The notes under the pieces were generated by a model. The model searched no databases. It was not told the origin of the DNA and was given only the letters and a program-made list of their open reading frames with translations. The position numbers were made by a program, and so were the translations under genes. A DNA stretch of 64,000 bases, from positions 1,054,001-1,118,000 of the forward strand of contig CP060754.1 in assembly GCA_023205875.1 (NCBI GenBank), in the 5' to 3' direction. Shown piece after piece: positions 43,601 through 51,800 of the stretch; positions within the stretch are counted from its first letter, which is position 1, and each line of letters begins with the position of its first letter. This stretch comes from Chloropicon primus (taxonomy: Eukaryota).

Positions 43601-44982
43601 TCTGGACCGGGTATTATAAGGCAGATGGAGACCGTGGCAATCTGAAACCCGAAGAATACCACAATGCTGATTATGTGGATATGCCCTGTGTGCGTTGCGA
43701 TTGCAAAGGGAAAGAGGGCAGCCTCGGGTTGTACCTCGTCGGCCAGAGGCTCGGCTACAATGTCTCGATCAACACGCGGGCAGACAAGCCGGACATATTT
43801 CGGTTGACGTACACCCGGAACACCCAGAGAAGGTGTCCGACGGCAATCAAAAAGATTGTGAATCTCGGAATTACAGAGCAGTACGTCTACGATCTGACGA
43901 CGTCAAACAGCCATTTTCACGTCGGTCCAGGTAGGATGGTTGTCCACAACACGGATAGTGTCATGATCAAGTTTGGGAACAAGGACTTGAAGAAGAGCAT
44001 GGATTTGGGCGAGGAGGCCGCTCAGTACGTGAGCGACACGTTCGTCAAGCCCATCAAGCTGGAGTTCGAGAAGTGTTATTTCCCGTACTTGCTGATCTCC
44101 AAGAAGAGGTACGCTGGGCTCTTGTGGACGGAAACCGAAAAGTACGACAAGATGGACACCAAGGGTATCGAGACGGTGAGGAGGGACAACTGCGCCCTGG
44201 TGAGGAACGTGGTCTCCTCCTGCCTCGAGAAGGTCCTCATTGAGCAGGACGTCGAAGGCGCCGTCAGCTACGTGAAGAGAACGATCTCCGATCTCCTGCA
44301 GAACAAGCTCGACATGTCCCTGCTTGTGGTGACGAAGGAGCTCTCGAAGACTTCGTATGCCGCGAAGCAGGCCCACGTCGAGCTGGCGGAGAAGATGAGG
44401 AAAAGGGACGCGGCCACCGCGCCCCAGCTGGGGGACCGTGTCCCTTACGTCATCATCAAGGGCCTCAAGGGCGCCAAAGCGTACGAGAAGGCCGAGGACC
44501 CCATCTATGCCCTGGAGAACAAGCTTCCGATAGACTACGCCCACTACGTGGACCACCACCTCTCTCTGCCCCTGATGAGAATCTTCGAGCCGATCATCAA
44601 GAACCCAAAGTCCCTCCTGGTCGGGGAGCACACGAGAAAGGTCGTGAACCCGACGGGCAGGAAAACGGGCGGGGGCATGATGGGCTTCCTCACCGTCGGC
44701 GCCAAGTGCCTGGGGTGCAAGACCCCGCTTCCCAAGGGGGCCGGGAACCTGTGCAAGCACTGCAAGTCCCAGGAGGCCGACATCTACACCAAGGAGGTGC
44801 GAGCGCTGAGGGACCTCGAGGCCGGCTTCAACCGCCTCTGGACGCAGTGCCAGAGGTGCTCCGGCAGCCTCCACCAGGACGTCCTGTGCACGGCCCGGGA
44901 CTGCCCCATCTTCTACAGGAGGAAGAAGACCCAAGTCGACCTCGTGGAGCAGCAGGAGAAGGTCAACACCTTCAGCTGGTAG
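40651..44982 (+). CDS. POLD1: DNA polymerase delta catalytic subunit precursor (1443 aa including a 342-aa intein; 1101 aa after splicing)
   Basis: Exonuclease motifs DIEC, GYNILKFD, YCLKDA. Polymerase motifs DFASLYPS, KVSANSVYG, split YGD/TDS, KKRY, KGIETVRRD. C-terminal CysA and CysB clusters. Confidence 0.97.
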   Translation: MVGKRGGEEEGKEAKRQNTGVGGMPGGSQEEEVDMDVERELLEEENEQDMVEAFFDDQKPSSMDAPSLEDGDYGRNWCRPPLEEDQLDASTQPLVFQQIECDYTIQRAHKDFVPPELKGASVPVVRMYGVNRSGNSVCAFVHGFEPYFYVELPGSGFTPDDVDAFRQSLEKEIINSRGGGVTSGFKSVTRIEVEQKKSLWGYNPGQNKPFLKVTTLLPQFVSKSRTIIERGLNIPGLGHRAFRTYESNVLFILRFMIDCKIVGGNWLEFPKGSYQVRQGSDKATYSQLEVDVRYDSIVSHASEGEFMDLAKLRILSIDIECAGRKGHFPEAEIDPVIQIANMLTVQGEPEPRVRNILTLGSCAPIVGSEVMSFDKEAELLKKWADLVRKTDPDIIIGYNILKFDLPYLIDRANKLGVKEFSYLGRVKNSVVRMRDTVFSSKAYGTRESKEITIEGRVQFDLFTVIQRDHKLSSYSLNNVSATFLGEQKEDVHHSCITDLQNGNEETRRRLAVYCLKDAYLPQRLLDKLMYMYNYIEMARVTGVPLNFLLTRGQSIKVFSQILRKAQERGLLVPALKGGGQQDGVAFEGATVLEANAGYYTKPVATLDFASLYPSIMMAHNLCYCTLLPQSMVRTLNPEDYTKTPSGQYFVKSSLSKGILPEILEELLGARKRAKAELKKAKDEFLKGVLNGRQLALKVSANSVYGFTGATVGKMPCLEISASVTAFGREMIMHTKSLVTQKYCKANGYEFDSEVVYGDSVTADTALLLRDDAGKIETRRIDSISSSWKRRDDGKEVAYVPAVQVMTDTGFAKIEQVVRHKTKKQMYRVVTHNGIVDVTEDHSLLLEDASEVRPVDVQLGTRLLHANLSDIVVKERTLVSKQEAKVMGFFFGDGSCGKYGSGIDTKYSWALSNADYELLLYMQQLCPFPTKLLDTLKSSGVYKLVTVGDVKSVVVKYRAMFYNEHREKIVPQCILNASNEVVQAFWTGYYKADGDRGNLKPEEYHNADYVDMPCVRCDCKGKEGSLGLYLVGQRLGYNVSINTRADKPDIFRLTYTRNTQRRCPTAIKKIVNLGITEQYVYDLTTSNSHFHVGPGRMVVHNTDSVMIKFGNKDLKKSMDLGEEAAQYVSDTFVKPIKLEFEKCYFPYLLISKKRYAGLLWTETEKYDKMDTKGIETVRRDNCALVRNVVSSCLEKVLIEQDVEGAVSYVKRTISDLLQNKLDMSLLVVTKELSKTSYAAKQAHVELAEKMRKRDAATAPQLGDRVPYVIIKGLKGAKAYEKAEDPIYALENKLPIDYAHYVDHHLSLPLMRIFEPIIKNPKSLLVGEHTRKVVNPTGRKTGGGMMGFLTVGAKCLGCKTPLPKGAGNLCKHCKSQEADIYTKEVRALRDLEAGFNRLWTQCQRCSGSLHQDVLCTARDCPIFYRRKKTQVDLVEQQEKVNTFSW
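42925..43950 (+). mobile_element. Full-length intein with LAGLIDADG homing endonuclease in POLD1 motif C
   Basis: YGD|SVTADT (block A), VDVTEDHSLL (block B TxxH), MGFFFGDG (block C), FWTGYYKADG (block E), VYDLTTSNSHFHV (block F), VVHN|TDS (block G, +1 Thr). Removal restores YGDTDSVMI. Confidence 0.97.
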
Positions 44983-45413
44983 GTTTTCGTGGTGGGACGA
45001 GAATTTCGTGGTAACATGTTGATCCAATCTAATTATCAATAAGATGATGATGCTGGTGCTGCTGGTGATGATCATCCATCCTTGGTTGCATCGCAATCGA
45101 CGTCCTCTCACGTGTCATGCCCAATGAGTGGGGTTGGTTCAGCACTCCGTTCCATCCACCACACATCACACCCGCCCCCTCTCCATCTTGGAAAGAGAGA
45201 GAGAAGAGAAGAGAAGAGAAGGGAAGCCTCCATCTTTCCAGGTAACAGCTGCTGCTCTCCAGCTCCCTCCCTCCCTCTCTCTCTTCTCTGTGTGTGTGTG
45301 TGTGTAGGGGGAGGGGTACTTTCGCGAACGAAGGTTGAGGAGGTAGGATCTCGGTGAGCACAAGGAGACGGGAGACGGAGAGGGATCACGAACCTCGAAC
45401 ACGCATGGAATGG

Positions 45414-45449
45414 ATCGCATCGCATCGCATCGCATCGCATCGCATCGCA
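45414..45449. repeat. (ATCGC)n pentanucleotide microsatellite
   Basis: About seven tandem units upstream of NOT1. Confidence 0.85.
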
Positions 45450-45880
45450 ATCCATCAGTCGTTTTGCTCTTGTTTTTGAACATTTCCGGAAATATCGTCC
45501 TCCTCTCCGCCCGCCGATTTTTTTGAAGGGATTTGTACAGAGGGCGGAATAGGGTTTCGAGAGGAGCGAGGAACGCCAGAGAGGGATCATCCATTATGGC
45601 TGCCATGCCAGAAAGAAGAGGGACAAACGGCAGACACAAGGGAGGAGACTAGAGAGGTAAGGAACACGGAAGAAAGGGAGACCGGGATGGAAGGCAGGAG
45701 CACGGGACCAAGGGGACGCGTGCGTTCTCCTCCTCGTCCCCTTTCCTTGTCCTCGTCCTTCTTCTTCTTCTTCTTCGGACGAAGGGCGGGACCTCATTGA
45801 TCTCTTGGTGTCTTTTTTGTTGTTTTGTTGTTTTTTTTTTGTGTGTGCCGGCGAGCAGTTTTTAGGTTTGGGTGGAGAAC

Positions 45881-48800
45881 ATGGCGTCTCTACCGCCGGT
45901 GGTGGTGGCGGACCTCGCGAGGCAGCTGCGGAGCTCCCAGCAGATGGCAACGCCTGCGTTTGGGGAAGAGGAGCACCCGTTGCACCGCGTCTATAAGACG
46001 TGCGAAGACTACGGTGTGGCCTCGTACACTTTTTGCTTCTGCAGCCTCGTGGACACCTTTTACGGGGATCCCGGGGAGGGGGTGAGGGGGACCCTCGCCG
46101 CCGTGATTGACATGGCGCACGCGCGGCCTTTCTTCCCGGAGCTCGTGAGAGCCGCTTTGGAGAGGCAGGTGCTCACAAGCGATAGAGTGAACCCCCATTC
46201 GCTAGAGAGGCTGTGCTGCATGCTCGTCAAGCACAAGCTCGCGTTTGCTTGCGCTCTTTTGGAGCTCAAGCAGTACACGGACGCGGTGCACGACATTGAG
46301 GATATCGGGAAGCTGGTGCTCTTGGACTGCATAGCTGAACTGGACGTGGGTTTTCAGCGAGGGCACAAACACGGCATGTGGGACGAGTTCGACGAGGAGC
46401 TGGGAAGGCTCTCGCCGCTTCTTGTCCACAAAGCACTCGTGTTGGTTTCGACCATGGACAAGTCCCACAGCGGAGTAGCGGAGGCAACCGCGAAGCTCTT
46501 TCAGATCGTGTCGTCAAGGATCATGGACAGGGAGGAAAAGATTTATGACAAGCTTTATGAGATCTCTTCCAGGCCCTCTTCCTATGAATTGTTTTCCATG
46601 AAGAAGATTGAAGACATCTATACGCACGTCTGGTCTTGGAAGCTTGTCAAGCCCCTTGTGTATAACTACATGAATAAGCAAGAGGTAGGGGTTGCGGGCT
46701 TGCAGGGACTTCAGAATCTCAAGCCAAAGACCAGTCTTTCGGGAATCATGGAGGAGACTGGTTTTGCTTGCACTTCGACGGCGGGCGTCTTTCAGAAGAT
46801 CACGGGCCAGGTCGTAAGGACGAGCGCGAGGTCAATTGCCCACGTGATTGGCTTGGTTTCGGGTTGCGGTGGTGCCAAGTCAACCCAGGCCTTTGTGGCG
46901 GAGTCTCCTGATGCTTTGGCTCTCATTCTGGGCTCTTCCCTGTCGCTCGAGGGCAACTCGGGCAACATTAGTAGCGAGAGACAAGGGAGTCAGCAAAGTA
47001 GTTCAGGCTGGAATCAGCAAGTTGTTCTTGAAGGCTTGAGAGACTTGGGAGCAAAGCATGGGCTAGATTGGAACGAGGTGAAATATTGCTTTGATTACCC
47101 AAACTTTTATGTCCAAAGCGAAGAGAGCTTTGTGCGGCTGTTGAAAATGTGCAGGGATCTGTCGAAGGAACCTTTCCCCCTAGATGCAGTCTGTGGCAGG
47201 AGGTGGTCCAACACAAGGGGCCAGCTCTCACTTCTGAAGTATGTGCTAGCTCTTCAAGGGAAAGACTTAGATAAGGTATTCCACACCAGATTACCGCAGC
47301 GCGATGGACATGGCAAGGACATGGTGAATACACCCCCTGTCACCCTGGAAGGGGAAAAGGATGAAGCGACCGTTATGATGGAGAGGCGGGGCGGATCCTA
47401 TTGGCTCTCAACCATGGTTCTGGACACCTTGTATGAACTGGGTGACATTCACGGCGAGAACAAGAGGCTGGTAGAGCAGATATTGGAAATTCCAAGGAAG
47501 GAGTGCCCTCATCACTTGCTGATCACCTCGGCGCGTTGCAGGAACAACTGGAGGCTGTCAAACTTAGAAATGGTGTCCAAAATCATGCCGCCATACCTCA
47601 ACGGCCTTCCGGGCAGCATGAAAGTGCTGCAAAAGATACCCCTCTACTCGGTTATTAGGGTCATGACTGAGGAGTACGCTCGCGACCCTACTTCAATCAC
47701 AAGGGCACTGGATATCTGCCAGGAGCTGAAAGCATTGACAGATGTCCTTTGGGGAAGCTGTTATGCTTTCAGGTTGGACCTTGCGGCACTGGCGGCGAGA
47801 AGGGAGTATCTGAACTTGGAAAAGTGGCTGGCAGAAATGATGCTTACAAGGGACAGCAGTCTTTTTGTCACTGCAATCTTGGATTTTATGGGTGAGAAGT
47901 TCAAGCCTGCAGACACTAGGTCGAGCAATCAGATCCTCCTGAGCCCAGAATCTGCTCAAGTTTTCCTCCAATTTCTTCTCAAGCTTCAAGACAACTTGAG
48001 TGAGTCTGAGCAGGCTCAATTGAAGAAGATAGTTGCTCAGATGTCCTCTATGCAGACTGGGCAGGAAAATAGGAATGCGTTTGCAGCAGATGTGGAAGAT
48101 GAGGCAAATGCAAACTTCCAGAGCATTTACAGTGGCCAACAAAGTATCAGGAACGCCATTGCTATGCTCACAAAGTTGAAGAACTCTCCAAATGAAAGAG
48201 ACAACGAGATATTTGCGTGCATGATACACAACTTGTTCGACGAGTACAGGTTCTTTCCAAAGTACCCGGACAAGGAGCTTTGCATTACAGCACAGCTGTT
48301 TGGTGAACTTGTGCAGAATCAATTGGTCTCCTCGGTGACCTTGAGTATCGCACTGCGATATATCCTGGATGCTCTGTCGAAGCCACCTGCATACAAGATG
48401 TTCACTTTCGGCAAGAATGCCCTGGAGCAATTTATGACACGATTGCACGAATGGCCTAAATTCTGCTCACACTTGGTGATGATTCCAAACATAAGGCAAT
48501 CTTTTCCTGCTCTTGTGCAGTATCTGGAGTCGACATCAGGTGGTCAGCGCCAGCTGAACAGAGTGGAGTCTGCAGATGTGACGGGGGGTCAAGGGGAAAT
48601 CCAAAGCATGGCAGACTCTTACGCAAGCTCAAACATCCTGAACATGCTTCAGGGGAACATGGGCTCGCAGTCATTTGATTCTCATGGCCCCATGAAGTCA
48701 TCAAGTACATCAGCAGCTACAGCAGCAGCTGCGGCCGCCGCTGCTGCAGCTGCGGCCGTTCGCACAAGTTCGCAGGGACAAACTGGTCCACTGATTGGAG

Positions 48801-51800
48801 GGGAGTCCGATATGGTTTATCAATCAGGTTTGAACCCCCAGATGTCAAGCGCAAACCTAGCTCTGCCTAAGCTAGACAACGCAATGCCAAATGTCTCCTT
48901 CACACTGAATGCTGAGACGCTGGAGACAGCTGCCTTGAACAAGACCTACCCTGTGCCAACCGATGCGGTCGCAGACAAAATTCACTTCTTGGTGAACAAC
49001 TTGTCAACATCAAATTTGAACCAAAAAGCAGAACACATTAAGGGGAAAGTAACGAGTGAGTACTTCCCTTGGTTTTCAAATTACATGATCGTGAAGCGAG
49101 TTGCTCAGGAGCCGAACTTTCATCAGTTGTATCTCTCTTTGCTGGAAAAGCTGAATTCCAAGGACTTGAATGCAACTCTCATAAGGACAACAATTGATTA
49201 TGTGAAGATTCTTATCAAAAGCGAAAGGATCAAGACACAATCAAGTGACAGGTCTTTGCTTAAAAACCTTGGAAGCTGGCTGGGAAAGATGACAATTGCG
49301 CGTGATAAGCCGGTGCTTCAAAAGGACCTTGATCTCAAGCAGGTGATTCTGGAGGCATACGAGAAGGGGAAAATGATTGCTGTTATCCCGTTTGTTCACA
49401 AGATTTTGGAGCCATGCAAGAGCACCAAAGTTTTTGGTCCACCAAATCCTTGGGTCATGGCGATATGCAGCCTTTGCAATGAAATCTATCAGATGAGCAA
49501 GCTGAAACTGAACCTCAAGTTCGAAATCGAGATGATGTTCAAAGACCTGGAATTGCACTCCACTGACGTGACACCAAGCAACCTTGTCACAGGAAGAGCT
49601 CGGGAGGTCAATGACAACCCTGATTTCACGATTGACAAGAATGCTCAACCCATACCAACAGCTGGTGAAGTGCCAAAACTTTCCCTTGGGGGCCAACGTG
49701 GAGTTGATGGAGGGGAAGGGCAAAGGTCTGGAGGTATGCCTCTCCAGCCTGGCGACATTGCCATCCAAGGAGATTGGGTGAACTTCGTGAAGGTCACAAC
49801 ACCAACGTTCACAGCAATTCCTGGCGCAAAGAGATTCTTTGCAAACGCAATGGACGCGTCAGTGAGAGAAGTGATTGCTCCCGTCGTGGAACGCAGTGTG
49901 ACAATCTCCTGCATGACAGTGCGTGAGCTCGTTCTCAAAGATTTTGCTTACGAACCTGATGAGAACAGAGTGAGGCAAGCGGCACGGTGGATGGTTTCTG
50001 CTTTAGCAAGTAGTCTTGCACTAGTTACTTGCAAAGAGCCACTGAGGGCGACTCTCACCAGTCACATCTGGCAGATGCTGCAGCGTACAGGCATCCGTGA
50101 GGATACTTTGGAGCAAAGCGTGAATGCTGAAGTCGCAGAAAACCTCGACTTTTGCTGCACTGTCATTGAGATGCATGCAATCGAGAAGGCCATGGGAAGC
50201 ATCGATGAAGCAATTCAGAACTCTTGTATGCTGAGGAGGAAGCACGTGGAAACAAGGAGTACGACACAATTTGTTGACACGACTGTGCTGCAGGGGTTGA
50301 TTCCCAATCTTCCAGAGGCTTTGCATCCAAGTCTGGCTGGTGTGAGATCTCAGTACAGAGTCTATGAAGAGTTTGTGAAGATCCAGAGATTGATCACGAA
50401 TCCAAATGAGGCTGCTGCAGCAGCCCCTGTGGTCCTGCGGGGTGAAAGTATGAAGCAAGCGAGGCCAGCTGCTCCTTCAGGGATGCACACCGCTGCCGCA
50501 GCCGGATCGAACGATATCAGTGGCCAGACTGAGACTTTGAGAGCATTGCTTGGGCAGGTGGACAAGTTGAGTATGAAGGAAGGAAGCTCTGATTCTTATG
50601 CTCAACTTCAGCATGACAGTGAGCTGAAGAATCTTGTTCAGACTGTATTCGAGATAATCGACACAAAAGTTCCGGTTTCGAATATTGTTGCAAGTGAGCA
50701 CTGTGCAAAGCAGATCTTCCTATCGATGCTCCAGGGCGTGGCAAACAAGTTGCGCATCGGAATTTATCTTGCTTTTCTTGAAAAGCTCAGCTCCCTGGTG
50801 CCTGGTCTGGATTTGAAGCTCACGGAGTGGTTTGGTGCAATAAGTGAAGACATCTGGTTGCAGCGCGTGGATCTTGCGGAGACGATGGTCAGAAGGGGGC
50901 TTCTGAACTTGAAGGAGCTGGACAGAACGTTGTCCTCGCTGATTGCAGCACGCAGAGGAGGGCCCGCCACGGATTTTGCCATTCATGTCGTGAGGCAGTG
51001 CATTGTCCTCGAGCCGCTTGCGCAGTCAAATGACATGGCATTGACTCTGGAAGTCCTGGCAAAGGTGGCTGCTCAAGGCAGAGGCGGCGGGGCAGGCGAT
51101 GCTCTTGCTCAGCTTGTTGAGCAAGCCAAGCGCTCTTCCCCCGTGACAAAGTTCCCTGCTTCCTCGGCGAAAGACGTCAAGGGCGCTCCGCAAGCGCCCG
51201 CAGGTGCCGTCCCACCAAGTCCAGGTGTGCAGCAGCAAGTCCCTGATTCTTCGGGGACTACTTTCAAGGAGCCGTTCAAGCTGCCAGCAGGTGGTGCCAA
51301 GGACAAGAACTCCCTTCATGAGCAGGTCTCATACATTTTGGACGAGTGGGCGAAGATATCAGATTTGCCAAACAGGGAGAAGCTGGCTGCGCAGTTGCTC
51401 GTAACTTTGCAGCAGAGCGGTTTCTTAAAGTCGGATGAAACTGCAGAACAGTTCTTCACAAGTCTTGTGGAGATTTCTGTTGGCCACTGCTTGAGCTCTG
51501 CCGAGCCCCAACCCAACAACCAACCTGCTGTTCTGAATTTCGAGGCAGTCGATGCGTTTGTGAAGCTTGTGGCTTTCTTGATCAACAGAAGCGCCAGCGA
51601 GTCCGATTCCGTGAATCCAGCGGCAAGAGGAATGAGGCGGGCGTCGCAGTTGTTCAGGGTCCTTGGAGTGGTTGTGAACATCATTCAGAAATCGTCCAAG
51701 GAGAACCCCAGCACATTCAACCCAAGACCATTTTTCAGAATGTTCATTGGGTGGTACATGGAAATCCTTGAGAGCGATGTGTCCGACGAGGTCATCATGA

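Noticed and set aside
42925..43950. POLD1 insertion interpreted as a spliceosomal or group I intron
   Set aside because: It has no GT-AG ends, is fully in frame, and carries a complete set of intein motifs.
40651..44982. Endogenous giant-virus PolB or viral insertion
   Set aside because: The extein is a typical eukaryotic POLD1 with CysA/CysB and host codon usage, and all neighbours are host genes. Only the intein looks foreign.
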